Shown here: one piece after another, positions 1-21,339 of the stretch
How the letters are laid out: each line of letters starts with the position of its first letter
Position numbering within the stretch: the first letter of the stretch is position 1
From: the human T2T-CHM13v2.0 reference genome, Homo sapiens
Direction: 5' to 3' (one strand)
NCBI RefSeq assembly: GCF_009914755.1
Contig: NC_060943.1
Length of the DNA stretch: 64,000 bases
Notes under the pieces: generated by a model
Told to the model about the DNA's origin: nothing
Database searches by the model: none
The model's input: the letters and a program-made list of their open reading frames with translations, nothing else
Position numbers and translations under genes: made by a program

Positions 1-132
1 GCAAAAGAGAGGGTGGGGGTTTTCCTGGAGTAAAGGCATAGTATGGGGTGGGGAGTGAGTGGCTTGTGGGGAGACAGTGGGGGCTGTGACAGGGAATGGG
101 CTGGAGATGGCGGGGGGGGGGCAGCTTGCAAA

Positions 133-290
133 CCAGTGGGTCTGATGTTGGGTGCATTAGAATTCCCCAGGGAGCTTTTAAAAACTTACATGCGCAGGCC
201 ACACTGCAGACCAACCATGTCGGACTTTCTCAGGTGGGACTCAAACATCCGAATTTTTAAGGTCCTCGGGTGATTTCCAGGTGTGTTGGA
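133..290. mobile_element. Old DNA transposon fragment (MER5-like, hAT-Charlie)
   Basis: TGCATTAGAAT..CCCAGGGAGCTTTTAAAAA...ATTTTTAA..TCCTCGGGTGATT resembles the MER5A consensus. Confidence 0.55.
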
Positions 291-849
291 GGCTGCCCGA
301 GGCAGGAAGGGGGCTTCCAGGGAGAGGAGGCTGACTGAGGGTGGCTGGTGATTCCGAGTTGCACAAACTGTGAGGGTCAGCTGGGATTTTCTTTTTCTTT
401 TTCTTCTTCTTTTAATTTTTCCTTTTTAGTTGAAGAGAGGTTGAGAGATTTATTTTTTCCTAAGGAGAGGAAACTGTGGGGGACCATTTGGAGTGATGGA
501 ATGACAAAAGCCAGACCGGAGGGGGCTCGCGGAGGTTACTCCCACGGAAGTGGTGCTACTCGGGCTTCTTAAGTTGTGGAGACGCTCAGGGAAAAGTTGG
601 GCTGACAGGGAAGGGTTCTAGCGGGTGGAGAGGTGGGGCTTGCAGGGGAAGAGTGGGGAGAGCTGGTGGGCGCCGCATGGTGATGGGGCGGGGGTCGCTA
701 AGGAAGGAAGAACGCGACGGGGGCTCCTGGGGAGGAGGCGGCGGCGTGGGGCTTGGCATCATGGCGGGGGGTGGCTTCCCATGCGATGAGGATCGTGGAG
801 CCCCCTGGGGCGGAGGCGGCGCGGGCTAGGGGCGAGGGCTGTGAGTGTG

Positions 850-2474
<1,625 letters not shown>

Positions 2475-4466
2475 TAGAGATGAGGTCTCCTGTTGCCCAG
2501 GCTGGTCTCGAGCTCCTGAGCTCAAGAGATCCTCCTGCCTTGGCCTCCAAAGTGCTGGGATGAAGGGCATGAGCCACTGCACCCAGCAGCCTCTTTCTCC
2601 CTCTTTCCCGTCAGTTCATCTTGACCCTGCTCCTCCGCTCCACCTGCCCCTTCATTTCCTCTCCCTCGTGCCCCGTGACATCTTCTCTCTCCCGACATTT
2701 CCCCCCCAGTCCTCTGAAGTCCCCTGCCTCTCCCGCCCCCTTTCACGGCCCAGTCTTCCGGTCTGTCTCTTTCCCCTTCTCTTTGGCTGCTGCTCCCCTG
2801 AAACTTCGTGCCTTAACTCGCCCTCACTCATGACTTTCTCTCTTTTCTGCCTTGTGCTTCTCCTCCTGTTCATCTTTCTCTTCCCATCAGTGCCCCCACC
2901 CATGTCTCTCCCACCAGGGTGCCCTCCAACCTCCCATCCTGGTCCTTTCCTCCTTTTTCCTTTAGTGGACTCCACTTCCTCTTCCTCCACTCATGCCTCC
3001 TTCGACGTCTTCCTGACTCGATGCCTCAGGCCTTCACGTTAAGGCTTCTCGCTCCTGCCCCTGCTACCTCCTCGGATCTTCGACTTGGTTCTTTTCCTCT
3101 GTCCTGTTCTCCCTCTCACAGCTTCTCTCCTAGCTCGGCTCCCTGGCTCTCGACTTCCCCACTTCTCCAAGACTCCTGCCCTCTGCTGTGCCAACCCCTT
3201 CTCTCTCCCACTCTTAGCATCAGTATTTCTTTCCTGAGTATCAAGTAGCTGCGGGGCTGGGAAGCAGGAGTCTTGGGTGCCAGTTCTGCTGCATATCTGC
3301 CCTGCTGTGTGACCACTGTCTTCCCTCCTGCACCCCAGCCTCACAGCCCTTGTCTGCAACGTGAAGGAGTGGAACCAGCCATCCTGATGCCCCCTTCGGC
3401 CAAAAGATTGAAATCTCTTGCTTCTCTTTTTCATCCCCCTCTATTTCCTCTGCCCCTTCTTCCTCTGTTTTGCTGAGTGTTCACGACAAGCCGGGAACGT
3501 TATCTCGTTTAATCCTATGAGGTGGGCACCACCTCGCTGTTGGGGATGGGTAAACTGAGGCTCAGAGAAGTGAAGTCACTTGCCCAAGGTCACCTAGCTG
3601 AGAAAGGGGCCGAGCCAAGAGCAGAACTCGAATCTCATGGATGGGATTCACAGATGCGCTCTGTCTAGTGTACAAAGTGTTTAAAACTGAAAGCAAAATC
3701 TGAATCCATTGCCAACAGTTAAAAATAGGGAGGCTTCCCATTGTAGTTCTGATTTCCGGCTTCTTCTGAGCTGGCGGAAGATCTAGCACAAGCCTGTGTT
3801 CTACCCTGACCACGATGGGCCGGATCTGAGCAGCAGCTGGGGGGTCTCCACTTCCCCACAGTCACCTCCATCTGCTCCGTCTCGCCTCCCATTCCTCCCA
3901 CGGCTCTCGTGATGTTCTTTGCCTCTCCTGTGGAAGTTTGAGTTCATGTCCATTCACTGGTCTGACCAAGTACCAGGCATAGAGCCAAGTGTGAGGGCTC
4001 CCATCATGGGAGCCCTAGGACAGCACGTGGCATCTAGTAGGGATGTCATTCATTCATTCATTCGTTCATTCAACATCCCATTTTTATTGAGTTTATATTA
4101 TGTGCCAGGCATTGTTCTGGATTCTGGGGCTGCAGCAGTGGAAAACAAACAGACAAAACCTCCTGTCGTTATATATCTTATATTCTAAGGGAGAGACAGA
4201 TAATGATGGAGGTAAAGTCAACCTTTAGGGTGTTAGATAGAACTGAGTGCTAAGGAGGACAAGGAGTTGGGGGAGGGGATGGGAGGGGTCAGGGATCCCC
4301 GTGGGAAGTAGATAAGGAATCTAGGAAAAGCTTCCCCGAGCAGGTGACATTTGATCACAGGTCTGAAGGAAGTAAGAGATGGAGGAAAGTGCTTCAGACT
4401 GTAGGAATAGCAGGCGCAGAGGCCCTGAGGTGGGAGTGTGGCTGTGTGTTGATCAAGCCAGTGTGA

Positions 4467-4814
<348 letters not shown>

Positions 4815-5037
4815 TGATTGGCCCGCCTAGGCCTCCCAAAGTGCTGGGATTACAGATGTGAGCCACCATGCCTGGCCAGCTTCTGTGTTTGTTTTTGTTT
4901 TGTTTTTCTTTTTTTGTTTTTAGGCAGGGTTTTGCTCTGTCACCCAGGCTGGCGTGCAGTGGTAAGACCATAGCTCACTGCAGCCTTGAACCCCTGAACC
5001 CAAGCCGTCCTCTTGCCTCAGCCTCCCAAATAGCTAG

Positions 5038-5220
<183 letters not shown>

Positions 5221-5486
5221 TAGATTCGGAGATGGGAGCCGTTGAAGGTTCTTGAGCAGAGGAGTCACACGAGCTGACTTACATTTTTGCGGTATGTTTC
5301 TTGCTGCTGTGTTAACAAATGACCGAGGGGAAGGCAAATGAGACAACGAGAGGCTCATCTAGGGTGGGGGCAGCAGGGTTTGGGAAGTTGTTTGAATTTT
5401 GAGTATATTCTGGAGCTACCGTGGGCAGGAGTTGCTGATGGAGCAGTTGTAGGATATGAGAGAGAAGAGCCAGGGGCGTCTCCAAA

Positions 5487-5708
5487 GCAGGGTTTTTCCA
5501 CCGCAGCATGGTTGATATTTTGGGGTGGATAATTCTGTGTGGAGGGGCCGTCCTATGCATTGTAGGATGCTGAGCAACAGCCTTGATCTCTCCTACTAGG
5601 ATGCCAGCAGCGCCCTTCCCAGTCGTGACAACCAAAATTGTAAATTGTGTCTAAACATTGTCAGCTGTCTCCTGGGGGATAAAATCGCCCTGAGTTGAGA
5701 ATCACCGC
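5487..5708. mobile_element. MER20-like hAT DNA transposon
   Basis: GATAATTCT..TGTGGAGGGG..GTCCTATGCATTGTAGGATG...CCCAGTCGTGACAACCAAAA...AAAATCGCCC.GAGTTGAGAATCAC matches MER20 motifs. Confidence 0.75.
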
Positions 5709-5876
5709 TCTAAGGCTTTGGCCTGAGCTCCTGAGAATAGGGGAGCCATTCATAAGATGAAACAGCAGCTGTTTTATTTATTTTCTCTTATCAAATTTAT
5801 TATGAAGGAGAGGGACCATGGGCTCAGTTTTGGGCATGTTAAATTTACGATGCCCATTAACAGATAACATCTGGAC

Positions 5877-6470
<594 letters not shown>

Positions 6471-7449
6471 TTAGGCTGCTAGAGATATGATGTAGGAGGC
6501 CAGAGGCTGGGCTGGAGATATCAGTTTGAGGGGCATCATCATATAGATGAATCAGATGGATGGAATCACTTAGAGAAGAGACAGTTGGGTGCAGTGGCTC
6601 ACACCTATAATCCCAGCACTTTGGGAGGCCAAGGCAGGAAGATCACTTGAGCCCAGGAGTTCGAGACCAGCCAGGGGAAAACAGTGAGACCTTGTCTCTA
6701 CAAATAATTTAAAAATTAGCTGGAAGTGCTGGTGCGTGCCTGTGGTCCCAGCTACTCAGGAGGCTTAGGTGGGAGGATTGCTTAAACCCAGGAAGTCGAG
6801 GCTAAAGTGAGACATGATCATACCACTACACTCCAGTCTGGGCGACAGGGCAAGACCCCATCTCAAAAAAAACAAAAAAAAAAAGAGAGAGAAGAGACCA
6901 GAACAAATGATAAAATGTCCTTATGTCATTGAAGGCTTAAGCTTTCGGCCAGTCTACTATTAAAATGTGAGGGAGATGGCCGGGCGCGGTGGCTCACGCC
7001 TGTAATTCCAGCACTTTGGGAGGCTGAGACAGGCGGATCACGAGGTCAGGAGTTCGAGACCAGCCTGACCAACATGGTGAAACCCTGTCTCTACTAAAAA
7101 TACAAAAATTAGCCGGGCGTGGTGGCGTGTACCTATAATCCCAGCTACTCGGGAGGCTGAGGCAGGAGAATCCCTTTAACCCTGGAGGTGGAGGTTTGCA
7201 GTGAGCTGAGATCGTGCCACTGCACTCCAGCTTGGGCAACAGAGTGAGACTCTATCTCAAAAAAAAAAAAAAAAAAAAAAAGGGAGGGAGGTGAGAAGTC
7301 ACCAAAGGAGTGGAGAAAGGAGTGGCCACAGGTTTGGGGAAAAACAGGTCCTTGGATGTCTTGGAAGCCAAAGGAAGTTAGCGTTTCAAGGAGAGGAGGA
7401 ATGAAGGCTGACTCTGTTGTTGTTGTAATTGTCATTCATTTGTCACTGA

Positions 7450-7697
<248 letters not shown>

Positions 7698-8618
7698 TGA
7701 CCAGGCTGATCTCAAACTCCGGCCTCAGGTGATCTGCCCGCCTTGGCCTCCCAAAGTTCTGGGATTATAGGTGTAAGCCACCGCGCCCAGCCGGTACTTT
7801 TATTATTCCCATTCTAAAAGAAGAAGTGAAGCTCAGAGAGGTGAAGTGAGTTGCCCAAGATCACACAGTTAATATGCAGTAGGGTCTGGATTTGTTTTTG
7901 TTTCTGATTTGTTTACTTTTTTTTTTTTTTTTAGAGATGGGTCTCACCACATTGCCCAGCCTGGTCTAGAACTCCTGGGCTCAAGCAATCCTCTCACCCC
8001 CGGCCTCTCAACGCATTGGGATTACAGGAGTGAGCCACCCTGCCCGGCCCAGCATCTGGATTTGAATCCAGGTGTGTCTGGTTTTCTAGGAGAATGAAGC
8101 AACAAATCCACTTGCTTTCAGCCCATCGGGGCTCCAGGGGTGTAGAAACGGGGTCCCCCTGAGTCATTGCGTCCTGCAGCCACTGTGCTCCTGGGAACCC
8201 TTGGGCTCAATCTCCATTTCCCTTTGGAGTGTGTCTGAGAGATGCAGTAGAATGTAATGACTGAAACAAGCTCGGAGGCTGCTCTGCCTAAGGAGCGGCC
8301 GTTCTTTATTCCTTTACTGTCTTTAATAAACTTGCTTTCAGCTGGGCGCGGTGGCTCACACCTGTAATCCCAGCACTTTGGGAAGCCGAGGCGGGTGGAT
8401 CACCTGAGGCCAGGAGTTCGAGACCAGCCTGGTCAACATGGCGAAACCCTGTCTCTACTAAATATACAAAAATATTAGCCAGGGCTGGTGGCAAGCGCCT
8501 GTAACCCCAGGTAATCAGGAGGCTGGCAGGGCGCGGTGGCTCATGCCTGTAATCCCAGCACTTTGGGAGGCCGAGGTGGGCGGATCACGAGGTCAGGAGA
8601 TCGAGACCATCCTGGCTA

Positions 8619-8771
<153 letters not shown>

Positions 8772-9268
8772 CTACAGCCTGGGGAACAGAGTGAGATCCC
8801 AGAGTGAGAAAGAAAAAAGAAATATAACACAAGGATGGGCCAGTGGCTCACGCCTTGTAATCCCAGCACTTTGGGAGGCTGAGGTGGACGGATCACTTGA
8901 GGTCAGGAGTTCGAGTCCAGCCTGGCCTATATGGTGAAACCCCGTCTCTACTAAAAATACAAAAATTAGTCGGGCGTAGTTGTGGGTGCTTGTAGTCCCA
9001 GCTACTGGGGAGGCTGAGGCAGGAGAATCGCTTGAACCCAGGAGGCGGAGGTTGCTGTGAGCTGAGATGGCGCCACCGCACTACAGCCTGGGCAACAGAG
9101 TGAGATTCCAGAGTGAGAAAGAAAAAGGAAATATAACACAAGGATGGGCCACTGGCTCACCCCTGTAATCCCAGCATTTTGGGAGGCCGAGGTGAGAGGA
9201 TTGCTTGAGTCCAGGAGTTCAAGACCAGCCTGGGCAACATAGGGAGACCCCGCCTGTGTAAAAAATTA

Positions 9269-10045
<777 letters not shown>

Positions 10046-10725
10046 GCTTGTGCCCCCTCCTCAGGGATTTCAGCCACACCCCGAGGTCTTCTCTCAGGAC
10101 TCAAGAGTCTGGGCCCACAGCCCTATTTATTAGTGCCGACCATACAGAGCCCCTTTGCTAGCACTTTGCCCTGCTTATTATCTCATTAAGCCCTCGCCAC
10201 TTTGCCAGGGGAATGTATTATTAGCAGGAATCTGATGGCCAGAAAGGGGAAGTGGCTCAGCCTGGACTACCCAGCATGTGAGGGGCAGAGTGGGTTGGAT
10301 CCCAGTTCTCCACGTGTCCGCACTGCAAGAAAGCTGCCCCTTAACCCTTGCATGCCCGGGTCTGCGCTAGGCAGCCCCTGGGAGGAGACTCAGGGCCATG
10401 ACATCACCATCCATGCACAAGAAAAACTCATAGCTTGATCGGTGGCATTAAGCATAACTACTGTGAATTCTGTGCCTAACTTCCTTTTTTTTCAGACGGA
10501 GTCTCTCTCTGTCCCCCAGGCTGGAGTGCGCTGGAGTGCACTGGCGTGATATCGGCTCACTGCAAACTCCGCTGCCTGGGTTCAAGCAATTCTCCTGCCT
10601 CAGCCTCCTGAGTAGCTGGGATTACAGGCACCCATCACCACGCTGGGCTACTTTTTGTATTTTTCAGTAGAGACAGGGTTTCACCATGTTGGCCAGGATG
10701 GTCTTGAACTCCTGACCTCAGGTGA

Positions 10726-11170
<445 letters not shown>

Positions 11171-11668
11171 TGAAATTTCACTGAAGCCCTCTAAAGTCAC
11201 ACTACCATCCTCAATTTCCCAATGAGAGAGCAGAGGCTCAGGGACGATCCGGTTCCAAAACCACGCAGCTGGGAAGTGGTACGTTGGGATGTGTGTCCAG
11301 AGAGTTGGATTCCAGAGCCCACGATCAATAACCCCCACAGCCACCAGACTCTACTGTCTTAAATATGCTGAACTCCCAAACCGAGCTGTGCTGGAAGGAA
11401 CCTCTCCCCATCACTCACCCCCAATAGGGCTTTGGGCAACTTCTTCAACTCCCTATGCCTCCATTTCCTCATTTGTAAAGCAAGGATGCTGTCACTGCCT
11501 ACCTCCGAGGGTTTGTCCTAGGGACTGAGCAAGTTATTAACCACCTGTCAAATGCTTGGAGCAGTACCTGGTGCACGGTTAGTGCTCAGTCAGAACTAGT
11601 TATTATTACTGTCACCACTAACCTGTTCAGCAATCCGGTGTGCCATGTGGTTTACATGCTCAGTCTCA

Positions 11669-12005
<337 letters not shown>

Positions 12006-12459
12006 CTATCTCTTAAAAAAAATAAATAAATAAAAACTGGACAAGATGGCTTACCCCTGTACTCCCAGCACTTTGGAAGGCCGAGGCAGGAGGATCGCCT
12101 GAGGTCGGGAGATCGAGACCATCCTGGCTAACACAGTGAAACCCCGTCTCTACTAAAAATACAAAAATTAGCTGGGCATGGTGGCACACGCCTGTAATCC
12201 CAGCTACTCAGGAGCTGAGGCAAGAGAATGGCTTGAACCCAGGAGGTGGAAGTTGCAGTGAGCCGAAATCGAGCCATTGCACTCCAGCCTGGTCGACAGA
12301 GTGAGACTCCATCCCAAAAAAAAAGAAAGAAAGGAGGGACATTGAGCTTGTCATCTTACCTACCACACCATGGTGGAGGTGCTGATGGGTTAAGAGTTTG
12401 TATGTGGGAGTTGTATATTCATTCACTCATTCACTCATTCATTCGTTCATTCATTTTGA

Positions 12460-14149
<1,690 letters not shown>

Positions 14150-14633
14150 TGAGCCACCACACCTGGCCCATTCAACCATTCTCTCATTAAAAATACTTAT
14201 TAAGCACTCAATATGCACTAGGCACTGTTCTAGATGCTGGTAATACAGTGTCGAACAGCCCAGATGCTCACATTCATGATGTGTGTTTGAGTTTTGTTGC
14301 CACCATCAGCTGCGAAATGATGACCCTTTTCTGTTTCTCAGTTTCCACGTTTGGGTAATGGGTGCTATACATCAGCTGCTATCAACCGAGTACTTAATTG
14401 TGTTCAAGGCCAAGTGCTAAATCTCCACCTAGACCCAATCCCTCATATCAGTCCCATGAGGTAGGTCCTGTTCTCTGCATTTTATAGGTGGGGAAACTGA
14501 AGCAAGCTGGCCTATGTAACACCAGCAAGGACACAGAATAAGGAAGTGGTGGAGGCCAGCGCAGTGGCTCATGCCTGTAGTCCCAGCACTTTTGGAGGCT
14601 GAGGCGGGCGGATCACTTGAAGTCAGGAGTTCA

Positions 14634-14876
<243 letters not shown>

Positions 14877-15219
14877 CTAACATTTGGCTGCCACAGCACA
14901 CAAACCACATGATCTATTTCATAGGACTCTTGGGAGCATCAAATGAGTTGGCCCACCTAGCAAGCACCAAACGCACATTAGCTCTTGCCAGTATTACTCA
15001 CTCCCTTATATTAATTCTTCCCAGTTCCTCCTTTATCCCTATTCTTTCCCCTACTTTCCTTTGCTGGTCATGGTCTGCCTGTGATCTCACCTTCTGCTAT
15101 GCTTATATTCATTCATTAATTCATTCATTCATTCTTCATTCAACCCTCATTTCTTTCTCTCTCTCTTTTTTTTTTCTTTTGAGACGGAGTCTCGCTTTGT
15201 CACCCAGGCTGGAGTGTAA

Positions 15220-15381
<162 letters not shown>

Positions 15382-16370
15382 TGAACTCCCGACCTCAAGT
15401 GATCCACCCGCCTTGGCCTCCCAAAGTGCAGGGATTACAGGTGTGAGCCACCGTGCCCGGCCTCAGCCCTTATTTCTTGAGGTCTCCCGTGTGCCAGGCC
15501 TACTGCCAAGAAATGCTGGGACACACAGAGGAATCGGACTCCCATGCCCTACCCCCTCCAGGAACTCTCAGCTTACCGAGGACGAAGAAGATCATCTACC
15601 AACTAATGCATGTCCTACGGGGCACCTCAGAGCAGGAAACTGACCCAAGTTCGGTGGGAGGAATGAGTGTGCATGTGTGTCTGTGTGTGTCTAGGGAAAG
15701 CCTCCTCAAGAAGGTGCCTCCTGAGCTGCCTGCTGCAGGTAAAGTACTACATCAGCAAAGAATGTGAGCTGGAATGTTCCACAGCATGGGCAGAGGTCTG
15801 CAGAACTGGACAGAGCTGGGCAGTTGAGGAAACTACATTGTTTATACTTATATTTTTAATTTTTTTCTCCAGCTATGTGCTAGAGGTGGTAAAACATTAA
15901 CTGTTCCCAAGGATGAGAAAATAGCTGAGGATGAGCATCTTAGGAGGGGAAGGAGATGAGGATGCATGACCCCTAGAGGCATACTCCACCCCTCACACAC
16001 CTCTGCTTGCTTCAACTACTCCATTTCTCTCCAGAAGGTTCCAGGTTCCCTGCAGAAAGAGACTGGAACCTCTCTCTCCCCATCCCCACAGGACTAGAGA
16101 CTACAACTCCCATGATCCACTGCGGCTGCTCTTCTCACAACTGGACTCCAGACTTCACGGGGTCTCATGGGAAATGTAGTCCTCATCGGCTTCCGCATCA
16201 CTTTCCTTGTTTTTTTTCCCACGCATTTCCAGACTTTTCAACCAATTGAGAGGTGGGAAGCGCCTTGCTATTATTGAAGCCAACAACACCCTCTTTCTTA
16301 CAGAGGTGGGAGCCGGAAGTCCAGAGTGCTGGAGCAACTTAGCGCAGCTTACAGGACCAAGGTCCTGTAG

Positions 16371-16838
<468 letters not shown>

Positions 16839-16839
16839 T

Positions 16840-17290
16840 AGCCTCCCAGCCAATCCGAGTCCAGATAGTGAGATCCTCTGGTCCCCGATTGGCTGACTGA
16901 TCTCGTTCCCGCCCCCTCCTCTCACCTTGGGGCGGGCTGAGGGAGGATCCTGGGCGCTAATTGGCCGCTTTGCTCTCTTTGGCCCTCGCGGCGACTCTGC
17001 GCCGTGACTGGTTGTGGAATCCCGGACTGGGATTGGCCACCGCGCCGCAGAGCTGTGGGGCAATCTGCGGCGGTGACGGGCCACTACTGGGAGCCGGCTG
17101 GGAAAGCCTGTATTGCCATTGGTAGCTACCCCGAGAACGCGGCAAATCCTAAATGATGATTGGCTGCGGCCTCAGCCAGGTTCCGAAATCGCAAAATCTA
17201 GTTGCCTGGGGTTTTAGGGGTGGGTGGAAAGGAAGGACTGCAGAGAAAAAGAGGAGGGCGGGGCGGGGAGTGGGGGCGGGGAGAGAGAGA
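16840..17290. promoter_or_regulatory. Intronic CpG-rich element with six CCAAT/ATTGG boxes and GC boxes
   Basis: CCAAT at 16850; ATTGG at 16888, 16960, 17032, 17118 and 17159. GGGCGG/CCGCCC at about 16908, 16930 and 17256-17280. Confidence 0.55.
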
Positions 17291-17409
17291 TAAGGGGAAG
17301 AAGGGAGGGAGGAAAAGAGGGAGAAAGAGAGATAGACGAAGTCAGGCCTAAAGGGGGTAGGGAGGGAGGGAAGGAGGAAGGGAGAGGAAGGGAGTGAAGA
17401 GAAGAGAAA

Positions 17410-17930
17410 CCTGGAAGATTGAAGAAACCAGGCAGAAAAGGAGGGGAGAGAGAGACCCAGGAAGATAGAGGAGGCCAGGCGAAAAAAGGGGTGGGGTGGG
17501 GTGGGGTGGGGAAAGACCTAGGAAGACAGATGAGGCCAGGCAGAAAAAAAAAGAGGGGGGAGAGACCTAGGAAGATAGGTGAAGCCAGACAGAAAAAGTT
17601 GTGGGTGGGGGTGGCTAGGAAGACAGATGAGGCCAGGGAGAAAAAGTGGGAGAGAGACTTAGGAAGACAGATGAGGCCAGGCAGAAAAAGCGGGGTGGGG
17701 GGGGACCTATGAAGACATACGAGGCCAAGCAGATAAGAGGAGAGAGGGGAGACAGAGCCAGAAAGATAGATGAAGCCAGCAATAAAACTGGGTGGGGTGG
17801 GGGCGTGAGGAGAAGAAGGGAAGAGAAACTCAGAAGTAGATTCAGCCTGGCAGAAACGGGAGGAGGAGGAGGAAGGAAGGAATGTAGAGAGAGAGAGAAA
17901 CCCAGATAGATGAAGCGAGGCAGAAAATGG
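17410..17930. repeat. Degenerate purine-rich tandem repeat (~45-60 bp unit, core CTAGGAAGACAGATGAGGCCAGGCAGAAAA)
   Basis: The core recurs at about 17457, 17518, 17567, 17614, 17659, 17707 and 17758. Confidence 0.8.
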
Positions 17931-18214
17931 GAGGGGGTGTGGAGAGAGGTAGTAAGTGATTTGCGGGATATGGAGAAAGAAATTCGCAGACGAGAGGAAG
18001 GAAGGGACGAGAAAGAGAAAGGGAGAGGATCCATGGAGAAGTTGGGAGAAAAACAGGGAGAGTGATTTCGATAAATAAAGAGGGGGAAAGATATTCCAAG
18101 AGAGAGAAAAATAGTCCGAAGAAAAAAGAAAAGGACAAAGAAAAAGAGGGAGAGAAAATCAGACCGAGAAATAGAGAAATTTTAAAAACAGGAGAGAGAA
18201 TGAGGCAACAGTAA

Positions 18215-18661
<447 letters not shown>

Positions 18662-19779
18662 TAGGCGGTCCCCAAGCTCCATCGCCACCCGCTGGGTAAG
18701 GTGGGTGTAGTTCTCGCGTCGCCTTCGGAGGAGTAAACCGACACAGGCAGGTGTCTGGCGCGTAAGACGCCGGGCGCTTAGGATCCCAAGCCCGCCGTCC
18801 TGGAGACGGAAGGGGAGGAGCTGGGGAGGGGGTGGGACCTTGAGACACAATTGGGCTCTTGAGGATAGAGAGGCGGGGCTGGGTCTTGGAGGGCGGGCCC
18901 AGGAGAGGTAGAAAGTGATCTGAGCGCCGATGAGGAGCCTGCTTTAAGGGGCGGGCCTTTGGAGACTTTGGTGGATCCAAGAGGGGGCTGGTCCTGGGAA
19001 ACCGTCCAGGGCCGGGAAGTGGAAACTAAAGGGGCTGGGTAAGGGAGACTGAATCGGCCCTTGCCCGTGGCCATTTGGAGAAGGAGAGGCTAGAAAAGAC
19101 GGGGCGATGCCTGGAAAAGCCAAAGGGGGAGGGGTTATGTCCTTAAGGGCACAGAGAATCAACCTGGCTGATTGAAGCAAGAGGCCGACCAAAGCCAGTC
19201 AGTACCTGGGATTGGCCGTCTCAAGAGCTAGGGCCTAGACGAGCAGAGAGCTAGGACTGGAACACTTAAGAGGCACGCAATTAAGGGGTAAGGCCCCCTT
19301 TCTACCCCGTATGAGTAGCATTGGGAAATTCCAGGGGCAGAGCTTTTTTGGAGGAGTAGAATACAGAGAAGAGGGAGGGCTTTGCATATTTGAAGAGCAG
19401 GGTGTGCTTTGGGGATGGGTCTAGATCTGCAAGGGGTGGGGCTTGGAGGATCTGAAAGGCCGGAGTAGCTGGACCTGAGACCGGCAAGGACCCGAGACCG
19501 GCAAGGACCCTGGCCAAGATCCGCACGGGGCGGGGTTTGGTAAGCTGGAGGTGGGGCCTAGAGTAGAAGGCGGGGCCTGCTTTATTAAAGGCAAATTTTT
19601 GACCAGTAGGGGAGGGCCTAGAATGGATACTCCGGCAGGAATTATATGAAGAGAGATTAGATAAGTGAAAGGCAGGGCCTGATCACAGCAGGATGACATC
19701 ATTAACAGAGTTCAAAGGAGCAGAGGGATGAGGCTTGGGAAAAACCCAGGTTTATAACGTTAAGGGTGGAGGTAGACTA

Positions 19780-21339
<1,560 letters not shown>

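Noticed and set aside
3719-3728. MEF2-type TTAAAAATAG in CACNG8 intron 1
   Set aside because: A single 10-mer is expected by chance in 64 kb; no supporting cluster seen.
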